A stretch of DNA of 24,000 bases from Candidatus Aenigmatarchaeota archaeon (GCA_018304585.1 JAGVVY010000020.1:1-24000), one strand, 5' to 3'. Shown: positions 6,275-13,674, counted from the first letter of the stretch. The notes: generated by a model not told the origin, from the sequence alone. A program made the numbers and translations.

Positions 6275-8632
6275 ATGGAAAAAAACTACGACCCAAAAAT
6301 CGCCGAACGGAAATGGCAGGAAGAATGGGAAAAGGAAGGCGTTTACCGCTTTGATGCCGAAAGCGCAAAGCCCTTGTTTTCAATAGACACACCTCCGCCT
6401 ACTGTTTCGGGAAGCATGCATATAGGCCACGCATTTTCCTATTCGCAAATGGATTTCATAGCGCGGTATCACCGTATGAAGGGCGAGAGCGTATTCATGC
6501 CTTTCGGCACTGACGATAACGGTCTTGCAACTGAACGACTCATAGAAAAATTAAATAATGTCCGTTCAAAAAAAATGGACAGGGACAAATTCATAGAACT
6601 TTGCCTTGCAACGCTTGAAAAAATAAGACCGGACTTCGTCGCGGACTGGAAGCGCATCGGCATATCCGCGGACTGGGGCATATTCTACTCCACTATCAAC
6701 GAGCACTGCAGACGCATATCGCAGCAATCGTTCATAGAACTATATAATAAAGGCTTGGAATACCGGACGAAAGCGCCGTTCATGTGGTGCCCGTTGTGCC
6801 AGACAGCGATAGCGCAAGTGGAGTTAAAGGACGTGGAGAAGGACTCAAAGCTTGTTTATATTAAACTGGATGTGGAAGGCGGGGGGCATATAAGCATAGC
6901 TACTACAAGACCGGAACTTTTCGGTTCGGCTGCCGCCGTATACGTGCATCCGGAAGACAAGCGCTATAGCAATCTCATAGGCAAGAAAGCGACAATACCG
7001 ATTTACAACAGGAAAGTACCGATAATGGGCAACGACGAAGCTGACACGGAATACGGCACAGGCGCGGTCTACCAGTCCACGTTCGGCGACATGACCGACG
7101 CGGACTGGGCCAAGAAGTTCAAAACAGAAGTCACGGAAATACTCAACCCCGATGGCACGCTAACTGCAGCAGCCGGGCCTTATGCAGGCATGAAGACTGC
7201 CGAGGCACGGGAAAAGATAATACAGGACCTGAAACCCTGGACCGAAAAAATTGTGCCCCTCAGGCACGCGGTAAACGTGCATGAAAGGTGCGAAACTGAC
7301 ATAGAAATCCTGCCCACTTACCAGTGGTTCATCAAATATCCATCCAAGGACGTCATGCTCGCCGCAGGCGCTGCGCTCAAATGGCACCCCGAGCACATGA
7401 AGAATAGATACGACAACTGGGTAAAGGGCCTGAAATGGGACTGGTGCATTTCAAGGCAGCGATACTTCGGCATACCGTTTCCGGTATGGTACTGCAAGAA
7501 ATGCGGAGAGGTAATGCTCGCTGATGCCAAGGATCTGCCGGTGGATCCGCTGGTTGATAGCCCTGAAAAGAAATGCAGGTGCGGCTCTTCGGACTTCAAG
7601 CCTGAAAAAGACGTAATGGATACATGGGCTACCTCGTCCCTGACCCCGAAAATAAGCAGGGAATTGATGAAAGGCACTCCGGCTTACAAGAAACTTTTCC
7701 CGATGAGCCTTCGCCCCCAGGCTCACGACATAATATCGTTCTGGCTGTTCAACACGACAATAAAGTCGCTGCTCCATGAGGGAAAAACGCCATGGAACAA
7801 TGTGATGATATCCGGCTGGGCGCTTGACCCGCAGGGCAGGAAGATGTCCAAGAGCAAGGGCAACACGATAAGCCCGCAGGAGATGACGAAGAAATACTCG
7901 GCAGATGCCCTGCGTTTCTGGGCAGCTTCGTCAAACTTGGGCGAAGATCTTCCTTTTCAGGAAAAGGAGCTTGTCACCGGCATGAAGACTATCACAAAAT
8001 TATGGAACGCCGCCAAGTTCGTTGCATCGTCCACCGAAGGCGCTGTAACAGAGCCCAAAACGCCGCACCCGGCAGACGCATGGCTTCTAACGAAGCTCGC
8101 TAAAGCCGTTAACGCCTCCACAGGCGCTTTCGAGAATTATGAATATTCAAGGGCAAAGATGGAAACCGACCTGTTCTTCTGGCGCGTTTTCACTGATTAT
8201 TACATAGAGATCGTCAAGGATAGGATATATAATCCCGACAACTACAGCAAGCAGGATGCGGATTCGGCCAAGCATGCGTTGAGGATGGCGATGCTGGCCG
8301 TTCTCAAGCTCTTTGCGCCGATTATGCCCCATATCACCGAAGAAATCTACCGCACCGTCTTTGACATGCGCGAAAGCGTGCATAAATCGGCATGGCCAAA
8401 GATGAATTATTCTTACGAAAAAGAAGAAGCCGAAGGCGATGAGGCCGTAAAGGCGATCGATCATATAAGGAAATACAAGAGCGGGAACAAGCTTGCCATG
8501 AACGCCCCGCTAAAGGAAGTGATAACAGGGCAGAAGCTGTCCGCAGCTATGGCGGATGCCCTGAAGGCGACGATGAAGATAGGAACAATAACCTTCCGTG
8601 AAGGCGCGGGAACAATGGAAATAATTCAGTGA
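6275..8632 (+). CDS. valS: Valyl-tRNA synthetase
   Basis: 785 aa. DTPPPTVSGSMHIGHAFSY (class I HIGH region in the ValRS PPPxxSGxxHxGH form), KMSKSKGN, an editing-domain-length insertion, and the W..W N-terminal KWQEEWEKEGVY. Confidence 0.93.
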   Translation: MEKNYDPKIAERKWQEEWEKEGVYRFDAESAKPLFSIDTPPPTVSGSMHIGHAFSYSQMDFIARYHRMKGESVFMPFGTDDNGLATERLIEKLNNVRSKKMDRDKFIELCLATLEKIRPDFVADWKRIGISADWGIFYSTINEHCRRISQQSFIELYNKGLEYRTKAPFMWCPLCQTAIAQVELKDVEKDSKLVYIKLDVEGGGHISIATTRPELFGSAAAVYVHPEDKRYSNLIGKKATIPIYNRKVPIMGNDEADTEYGTGAVYQSTFGDMTDADWAKKFKTEVTEILNPDGTLTAAAGPYAGMKTAEAREKIIQDLKPWTEKIVPLRHAVNVHERCETDIEILPTYQWFIKYPSKDVMLAAGAALKWHPEHMKNRYDNWVKGLKWDWCISRQRYFGIPFPVWYCKKCGEVMLADAKDLPVDPLVDSPEKKCRCGSSDFKPEKDVMDTWATSSLTPKISRELMKGTPAYKKLFPMSLRPQAHDIISFWLFNTTIKSLLHEGKTPWNNVMISGWALDPQGRKMSKSKGNTISPQEMTKKYSADALRFWAASSNLGEDLPFQEKELVTGMKTITKLWNAAKFVASSTEGAVTEPKTPHPADAWLLTKLAKAVNASTGAFENYEYSRAKMETDLFFWRVFTDYYIEIVKDRIYNPDNYSKQDADSAKHALRMAMLAVLKLFAPIMPHITEEIYRTVFDMRESVHKSAWPKMNYSYEKEEAEGDEAVKAIDHIRKYKSGNKLAMNAPLKEVITGQKLSAAMADALKATMKIGTITFREGAGTMEIIQ

Positions 8633-8637
8633 TTATT

Positions 8638-9855
8638 ATGGCGGAAGATCATACAAAAGGCTCAAGATACAGGCTGAGGAAGCTGCTGAAATTCCTGGGC
8701 TCCATCAGGGGGCGGCACACGGAAATGGTGACGGTTTATGTCCCCACAGGCTACAGCCTGCACGAAGTTTCCGCGCAGTTAAGGCAGGAGCAGGGCACTG
8801 CAGAGAATATCAAGTCCAAAGCCGTGAGGAAAAACGTGACGACTGCCCTTGACAAGATAATACGCCATATGCAGCTCTACAAGGCTACGCCGGAGAACGG
8901 CGTTGCATTCTTCTGCGGCAACGTTTCCGAGAAAGAAGGCGTCAACGACATAGAACTCTGGGCGATAGAGCCGCCGGACCCGATAAGGACCAAGATGTAC
9001 TGGTGCGACCAGACGTTCATTCTCGAGCCGTTGCAGGCGATGGTGGAGGAAAAGGAAGTCTACGGGCTCGTGGGCGTGGACAAGAGCGAAGCCGATATAG
9101 CGATGCTGAAAGGCAAGAAGATAGAGGTCATAAGCCATTTTGATTCCATCGTCCCGGGAAAGACGAAAGCGGGCGGCCAGAGCAGCGCAAGGTTTGCCCG
9201 CGTCCGCGAGGGCATGCTGAACGACTGGCTGAAGGAGATAGGCGACGCCGTCAACAGCACCTTTGAAGGGCACAAGGAGCTGAAAGGGATACTTCTTGGA
9301 GGGCCCGGCCCGATAAAGGAGATGTTTCTGAAAGAGGACTACCTCCACATGGACATAAAGAAGCTTGTGCTTGGAACCGTGGACACGTCCTATACCGGCG
9401 AGCACGGCCTGCATGAGATACTGGAGCGCGGGCAGGACCTGATAAAAGAGGCGTCTGTAGTCAGGGAAAAGAATTTGCTCGCCAAGTTTTTGGAGAATCT
9501 GCAGAAGCCGGAAGGCCTTGTCGCATACGGCTTTCGCGAAGTCGACAAATACCTGAAGATAGGAGCCGCTGACACGGTCATAGTTTCAGAAATGCTGACG
9601 CTAAAAGAAATAAAATACGAATGCCGGTGTGGGGAGAAGATACGCTTCGTGAAGGAGGAAGAAAAGAACGCCCGGATATGCGAGGTCTGCAAGTTCCCGA
9701 TGAAGATTCTTGGCGAAAAGGACATAATCGAATATTTTGAGGAAGAAACGAAGAACTACGGAGCCAAGCTTGAAGTAGTCTCCGGCGAAACAAAGGAAGG
9801 CGCCCAGTTCGAGGCGCTTGGCGGCGTGGGGGCGTTTTTGCGGTATAGAGTTTAA
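8638..9855 (+). CDS. prf1: Peptide chain release factor aRF1
   Basis: NIKS (TAENIKSK), YxCxxxF (MYWCDQTF) and GGQ (KAGGQSSARF) motifs. The track start GTG 8629 overlaps the valS stop (GTGA). ATG 8638 (MAEDHTKG...) is the more conventional start. Either way it is tightly coupled to valS. Confidence 0.93.
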   Translation: MAEDHTKGSRYRLRKLLKFLGSIRGRHTEMVTVYVPTGYSLHEVSAQLRQEQGTAENIKSKAVRKNVTTALDKIIRHMQLYKATPENGVAFFCGNVSEKEGVNDIELWAIEPPDPIRTKMYWCDQTFILEPLQAMVEEKEVYGLVGVDKSEADIAMLKGKKIEVISHFDSIVPGKTKAGGQSSARFARVREGMLNDWLKEIGDAVNSTFEGHKELKGILLGGPGPIKEMFLKEDYLHMDIKKLVLGTVDTSYTGEHGLHEILERGQDLIKEASVVREKNLLAKFLENLQKPEGLVAYGFREVDKYLKIGAADTVIVSEMLTLKEIKYECRCGEKIRFVKEEEKNARICEVCKFPMKILGEKDIIEYFEEETKNYGAKLEVVSGETKEGAQFEALGGVGAFLRYRV

Positions 9856-9885
9856 ATATTTTATTGGGATAAAAACTCTGAGAAT

Positions 9886-10305
9886 ATGGGATTTCTGCCT
9901 TGGAGGAAGAAATATCCTGGCAATGCACCGAAAAATCATGCAAATCCATGGAATGTTGATCTAACGCCCTATATTGAACGGCAGATCACAGTTTATCAAC
10001 ATGGCATAGTCAAGACAAATGATGGTCGTAAAGAAGTAAGGCATACAAGACAGTCCGGCTATCTATCCCAAATTTATCCCGATGGTTCATTATGGTTGGG
10101 AGCTACCCCTAAGGCGGGAAGTGGCGGCCGGAACATCAAGGCACATTTCAATGGATCCGGCGTGGATATGACAACCTACAAAATAACTGCAATGGATGAC
10201 CAAGGATTGGAAAGGACTTTATATGACAGCCGCCCAAACTTCAGTTATTCCAATATCACGGACAAAGATTCGTCGGCTCCTCCAAATAAAATTTCTATCG
10301 GGTAA
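9886..10305 (+). CDS. Hypothetical protein (139 aa), no family recognised
   Basis: Longest ORF in an AT-richer stretch with no competing long ORF. ATG is preceded by TTTAAATATTTTATT (9851-9865) at leaderless-type spacing. The sequence (…YPDGSLWLGATPKAGSGGRNIKAHFNGSG…) has no motif I can name. Confidence 0.55.
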   Translation: MGFLPWRKKYPGNAPKNHANPWNVDLTPYIERQITVYQHGIVKTNDGRKEVRHTRQSGYLSQIYPDGSLWLGATPKAGSGGRNIKAHFNGSGVDMTTYKITAMDDQGLERTLYDSRPNFSYSNITDKDSSAPPNKISIG

Positions 10306-10424
10306 GAATTTCCAGCACGCGTCTACCGTTCTTTAGCTCCTGCAACCGCCAACCGAACGAAAGGGCAGGCAGCTTACGCTGGCATGATCTTTTCGCCAAC
10401 GAATCTACTGCCGGTTCCAAAGAC

Positions 10425-10432
10425 TTATATAT
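10425..10432 (+). promoter_or_regulatory. TATA box (TTATATAT) 21 nt upstream of the antitoxin-like ATG
   Basis: Read directly: CTTATATATCTTGGGATTCCATAATCTATA-ATG(10454). Confidence 0.45.
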
Positions 10433-10453
10433 CTTGGGATTCCATAATCTATA

Positions 10454-10654
10454 ATGACTATGCAAAAACTCGCCGATGGAAGGCATGAAGCGAAATGGGT
10501 GACCATATCCACGGACGAATATGAGAGCATGCTTGCCACTATAGAAACGCTTTCCCACCCGCAAGCCATGAATAAGATAAGGAAGGGAGAAAAGGAAAGG
10601 CTAGAAGGAAAACTCAAAAGCCTTGAGCAGTTAAAGAATGAACTGAAAGATTAA
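10454..10654 (+). CDS. Phd/YefM-like antitoxin fragment-sized protein (66 aa)
   Basis: AKWVTISTDEYESMLATIETLSHPQAMNKIRKGEKERLEGK aligns by eye with the YefM segment [41 protein letters not shown]. About 30 N-terminal residues of a normal Phd/YefM fold are absent (in-frame stop at 10445). It has its own TATA box. Confidence 0.6.
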   Translation: MTMQKLADGRHEAKWVTISTDEYESMLATIETLSHPQAMNKIRKGEKERLEGKLKSLEQLKNELKD

Positions 10655-10914
10655 AAATCGTCTTTATGCCATATGGCTTCTATTTCTACCTGTTTATCCG
10701 TTTCGTTTATTACATAAACGATTCTCCACCGTTTCTCGAATCGCATCTCCCATTTCCCTGCCAGAGGACGCCTTAACGGCTTTCCGTATGCCCTTGGATC
10801 CTGTTTCAGCTTTTCCACTTTGTTGAAGAATCTTCTCTGCAATTCCTTGTTGAAAATTATCAAATCATCCTCTGCGGTTGGAGTCATTTTTATGGCATAA
10901 TTGTCATTATCCAT
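10651..10914 (-). CDS. RelE/ParE-superfamily toxin (87 aa)
   Basis: YAIKMTPTAEDDL...KVEKLKQDPRAYGKPLRRPLAGKWEMRFEKRWRIVYVINETDKQVEIEAIWHKDD follows the RelE/StbE pattern (YxIxxxxxAxxDL ... G-x-LxGxLxGxxxxRxGxYRIIYxI ... V.I..I.HRKD). Confidence 0.8.
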   Translation of the reverse strand: MDNDNYAIKMTPTAEDDLIIFNKELQRRFFNKVEKLKQDPRAYGKPLRRPLAGKWEMRFEKRWRIVYVINETDKQVEIEAIWHKDDF

Positions 10915-10936
10915 TGTGTTCTTAGGATGCGGGCAG

Positions 10937-10944
10937 TATTTAAG
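10937..10944 (-). promoter_or_regulatory. TATA box (CTTAAATA) 22 nt upstream of the RelE-like ATG
   Basis: Reverse complement of 10915-10950 reads AACTTAAATACTGCCCGCATCCTAAGAACACA-ATG. Confidence 0.45.
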
Positions 10945-11144
10945 TTTAACTTGTAGTATTCAAAATCTATAAGCGAAACATGAACGCTCACCCCCAAAAA
11001 ATCCCCGTATTGCCCCTCCGCTATTATGTTCTCCTGCAGCGACGGGCTCTTCTTGGCGCAGTCATCAGTAATGGCATGCTTGACTTTGAAATTGACGATG
11101 CCATTCGGTATCGTAAAAAGGGATTAATTGATGCCGCATAATTA

Positions 11145-11609
11145 ATGCGGGCTTCCGTCCGACAAAGCCGACAAAATAAAGCCTTCCGCGACCCTTGCCC
11201 TGAACGCCATGGCCAGGGAACTTGCCAAATCCGACAAAGACGTCATCAATCTTGCCGTCGGAGAGCCGGACTTTCCAACGCCTGAGAATATACGACTTGC
11301 GGCCATCTGTGCCATAAACGAGGGCTTTACAAAATACACTCCTGCCGAAGGATGCCCGAACTTCCTGAAGCCATAGCGCAGAAGCTTGTGAAGGATAATG
11401 TCCTGAGATACCGCGCTGATGAGATAATAGTTTCCAACGGCACGAAACACTCTAAATTAGTCGCGTTGCAGGCGGAACTCCTGTTTTTGCCGAAACTTTC
11501 GATCTTGACCCGGAAAGCATAGAAAAATCGGTGAGCAAAAACAAAAGCCGTAATAATAAACACGCCTAACAATCCGACAGGCGCGGTATTCCAAAGAAAA
11601 AACGGTTAG
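11145..11609 (+). pseudogene. Decayed, 3'-truncated aspartate/class-I aminotransferase gene
   Basis: Hand translation in shifting frames. Frame 1 (11152-11373): LPSDKADKIKPSATLALNAMARELAKSDKDVINLAVGEPDFPTPENIRLAAICAINEGFTKYTPAEG, then stop. Frame 0 (11352-11519): MPELPEAIAQKLVKDNVLRYRADEIIVSNGTKHS... Frame 2 (11468-): AGGTPVFAETFDLDPESIEKSVSKNK. Frame 0 (11544-11606): KAVIINTPNNPTGAVF. These are ordered AAT class-I landmarks (GEPDF, TNGxxxA, NPTG). There are at least 3 frameshifts, a missing ~30-residue block, and no C-terminal half (no PLP lysine). No intact + ORF of 60 aa or more exists here. Confidence 0.8.
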
Positions 11610-12373
11610 ATTCTGACAGGAAGCCGGAAAAGCTTCGCCGCATTCTTTGCGCATGCCCTGCCGACTTCCGTAATATCCATGCCTTTTATTTCCGCTATCT
11701 CGGCCGCCGGGATTTTGATGTTCGTAGGCTCGCCCAAGAGCCTGCCGCTTTCGTCTTTTCCGCCAAACCATGGCGAATCCGTTTCCAGCATGAGATTTTC
11801 CATAGGAATATCACGGATGACTCTCTTATGGCTTTTTGAACGTGCTGAAACAGGGCCTACAGAAACCAGCCATCCGCGGTCTTTTATCGCGCTTGCAAAT
11901 CTGTTCTCGCCCCACATATGAAGCTGCACGCGCTCTGCGTTATGTTTTTCAAGTATCTGCATTGCATCCGCATGCGCGTCGCGGGTGTGGACTATGAGTA
12001 CTTTATCTAATTCCTTCGCGAACTCTATGGATTTCGCAAAAAGCTCCTTCTGCTTCTCCTGCCAGTAAGGCTCCTTTATCCAGAAATAATCAAGCCCTTG
12101 TTCGCCCACGCCCACTATATCTTTTTCATGCTCCCGTATCCATGCGAATGCCTTGTCTATGTCGCTTTGCGCCAAATCCTTGACATATTCCGGATGGACG
12201 CCGGCCCCCATAAACATGAATCCCTTGTGCTTGCGCGAAAGCTCAAGGCCTCTTTGGAAGTCCTTTGGGTGCGTGGAAGGGCTTACAACCGCTTTCATTC
12301 CTGCATCTTTGCATCTTGCTATGACATCGTCAGCATTCTTCATGAGTTCAAGATGGCAATGCGAGTCTATCAT
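11606..12373 (-). CDS. tatD: TatD-family metal-dependent hydrolase/DNase
   Basis: MIDSHCHL start, ...VGEQGLDY..., ...LIVHTRDAHAD..., ...MLETDSPW... are the TatD metal-ligand motifs. 255 aa. Confidence 0.9.
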   Translation of the reverse strand: MIDSHCHLELMKNADDVIARCKDAGMKAVVSPSTHPKDFQRGLELSRKHKGFMFMGAGVHPEYVKDLAQSDIDKAFAWIREHEKDIVGVGEQGLDYFWIKEPYWQEKQKELFAKSIEFAKELDKVLIVHTRDAHADAMQILEKHNAERVQLHMWGENRFASAIKDRGWLVSVGPVSARSKSHKRVIRDIPMENLMLETDSPWFGGKDESGRLLGEPTNIKIPAAEIAEIKGMDITEVGRACAKNAAKLFRLPVRI

Positions 12374-12444
12374 GCTATCACATACAAAGAGATATTTTAA
12401 TGATGTTGCATTGCCCTTAAAATAACGTTAAGACGGGAATAGAA

Positions 12445-12825
12445 TTACTTCGCCCTGACAAAAACGGCATTGACCGCGCCGTCCTGACTCGGCCTGCTTG
12501 TGATTTTTATGAGGCCGATGTCCGAGTCAACTATCGCGCCCTTGCTGAGTATGTTTCTTCTTGAGAACTGCATGTTGGCAACGTTGTCTTTGACCGTGAT
12601 TATCTTCGCCTTGACGCACTTTCCGTCCTTCATGACATTGGCGCAATCGGAGGAATAGAGAACATTCTTGGAATGCCCGCCGCGGGTGCGTATCTGCACG
12701 GCCTTGACTTTTCCAAGCGTGGCGGGATAGAAATCCCTGCCGGCATCCATCCTTCTCTTCTTGCCGTGGCTCTGGATGAGCTTGCCCGAAGGGCCTCTCT
12801 TGGATCTTAGTCTCCACTGCGTCAT
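12445..12825 (-). CDS. rps8e: 30S ribosomal protein S8e
   Basis: 126 aa. MTQWRLRSKRGPSGK...RTRGG...VNAVFV pattern typical of archaeal S8e. Confidence 0.9.
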   Translation of the reverse strand: MTQWRLRSKRGPSGKLIQSHGKKRRMDAGRDFYPATLGKVKAVQIRTRGGHSKNVLYSSDCANVMKDGKCVKAKIITVKDNVANMQFSRRNILSKGAIVDSDIGLIKITSRPSQDGAVNAVFVRAK

Positions 12826-12853
12826 ATTATCTTAAGTTCATAGCCAAATTATC

Positions 12854-12861
12854 TATTTAAA
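12854..12861. promoter_or_regulatory. Shared bidirectional TATA box (TATTTAAA / TTTAAATA) between rps8e and the LSm-rpl37e operon
   Basis: 28 nt upstream of the rps8e ATG (minus) and 48 nt upstream of the LSm ATG (plus), read directly. Confidence 0.45.
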
Positions 12862-12895
12862 CGTATCTGCAAATACAAGTCTTATTCCAAGTTTT

Positions 12896-12901
12896 GGAGG
12901 T
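12896..12901 (+). promoter_or_regulatory. Shine-Dalgarno GGAGGT, 8 nt upstream of the LSm ATG
   Basis: TTTTGGAGGTTTTGAAAT-ATG read directly. This is one of the few clear SD sites in the window. Confidence 0.6.
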
Positions 12902-12909
12902 TTTGAAAT

Positions 12910-13134
12910 ATGGAGAGACCAATAGACGTTCTAAACAACGCAAAAGGAAAAAGAGTTCTTATAAAACTCAAAAACGGCACCGAGATTTCAGGCCAGTTGC
13001 AGGCAATGGACCTGCACCTGAACATGTGGCTTGAGAGCGCGGACCAGACTTTCAACGACAAGACGACGAAGCTGGGAACGGTGCTTGTCAGGGGAGACAA
13101 TATACTCTACGTGTCGCCTGAAAAGAGTGAGTAA
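12910..13134 (+). CDS. Sm-like (LSm/SmAP) RNA-binding protein
   Basis: 74 aa. Sm1/Sm2 pattern: VLIKLKNGTEISGQLQAMDLHLNMWLESA ... VLVRGDNILYVSP. It sits immediately upstream of rpl37e, the conserved archaeal LSm-L37e pairing. Confidence 0.9.
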   Translation: MERPIDVLNNAKGKRVLIKLKNGTEISGQLQAMDLHLNMWLESADQTFNDKTTKLGTVLVRGDNILYVSPEKSE

Positions 13135-13136
13135 AG

Positions 13137-13382
13137 ATGGCAAAAGGAACACCCAGCTTTGGAAAGCACCAGACAATTTCGCACATAAACTGCAAGAGAT
13201 GCGGTCGCCATAGTTACCACATCAAGATGCAGAAGTGCTCGGCCTGCGGCTATCCAAGGGCAAAGATACGCCAGGAAGCTTGGAGAAGAAAGCTTACCAA
13301 CAGAAGCGCGAGGAAAGCCGTCAAAGTACTTCACATGAAGCAAAAGACGACCCGCCGCGGAAGGCCGGGAAGTTACCGCTGA
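13137..13382 (+). CDS. rpl37e: 50S ribosomal protein L37e, with a basic C-terminal extension
   Basis: MAKGTPSFGKHQTISHINCKRCGRHSYHIKMQKCSACGYP is the L37e zinc-ribbon core (CxxC...CxxC). It starts 2 nt after the LSm stop. At 81 aa it is about 20 aa longer than the archaeal L37e sequences I remember. Confidence 0.9.
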   Translation: MAKGTPSFGKHQTISHINCKRCGRHSYHIKMQKCSACGYPRAKIRQEAWRRKLTNRSARKAVKVLHMKQKTTRRGRPGSYR

Positions 13383-13426
13383 TTCTCGCATGCGTTTTTA
13401 TTTTTATCTTTCTAATCTTTGCTATC

Positions 13427-13553
13427 GGGCCTGTAGCTCAGCCTGGCAGAGCGTGAGAACAACACGCACAGAGAGCACCTGCCTCTTAATTCGGAAGGCG
13501 ATGCCTCCAAAGAGGTCAGCAGGGAGTCGCGAGTTCAAATCTCGTCGGGCCCA
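13427..13553 (+). tRNA. tRNA-Lys (anticodon CUU) with two introns: 24 nt at the D-arm/position-26 junction and 29 nt after position 37
   Basis: Hand fold. Acceptor GGGCCTG/CGGGCCC. D arm GCTC-AGCCTGGCA-GAGC. Anticodon stem CCTGC (13478-13482)/GCAGG (13519-13523). Loop CT-CTT-A (anticodon 13485-13487). Variable loop GAGTC. T arm GCGAG-TTCAAAT-CTCGT. Discriminator A at 13553. 127 nt minus 74 nt mature leaves 53 extra nt: ~13489-13517 (canonical 37/38 site, with CCTCTT/AAGAGG helix) and ~13453-13477 (between the D-stem 3' strand and the anticodon stem). AT-rich box TTTTTATTTTTATC lies at 13396-13409 upstream. Confidence 0.85.
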
Positions 13554-13674
13554 TCTGAGATTGATACCTTTAGACATCAACTGTTAGATAAAAATAGCAT
13601 ATGACACATAAAAATACAGAGTCCATTGTTCTTAATGCATTTTTGACAGCAGCCCTGCCGGATACTGCAATTTT

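Noticed and set aside
8779-9414. 211-aa minus-strand ORF inside the aRF1 gene
   Set aside because: It is antisense to the frame containing NIKS, YxCxxxF and GGQ. It is a shadow ORF.
9622-9690. Cys4 cluster (CRCG...CEVC) in the C-terminal domain of aRF1, considered as a novel zinc-ribbon insertion
   Set aside because: I recall similar CxxC...CxxC insertions in the C-domain of other archaeal aRF1 proteins. It is probably ordinary, but an alignment is needed to be sure.
10295-10564. 89-aa minus-strand ORF overlapping the antitoxin-like gene
   Set aside because: It is a highly basic, motif-less product antisense to a frame with a Phd/YefM-like segment and its own TATA box.
10980-11141. 53-codon ATG ORF (MNAHPQKIPVLPLRYYVLLQRRALLGAVISNGMLDFEIDDAIRYRKKGLIDAA) just upstream of the aminotransferase relic
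   Set aside because: No family was recognised and there is no TATA at the usual spacing. It may be another gene remnant, but I cannot support a call.
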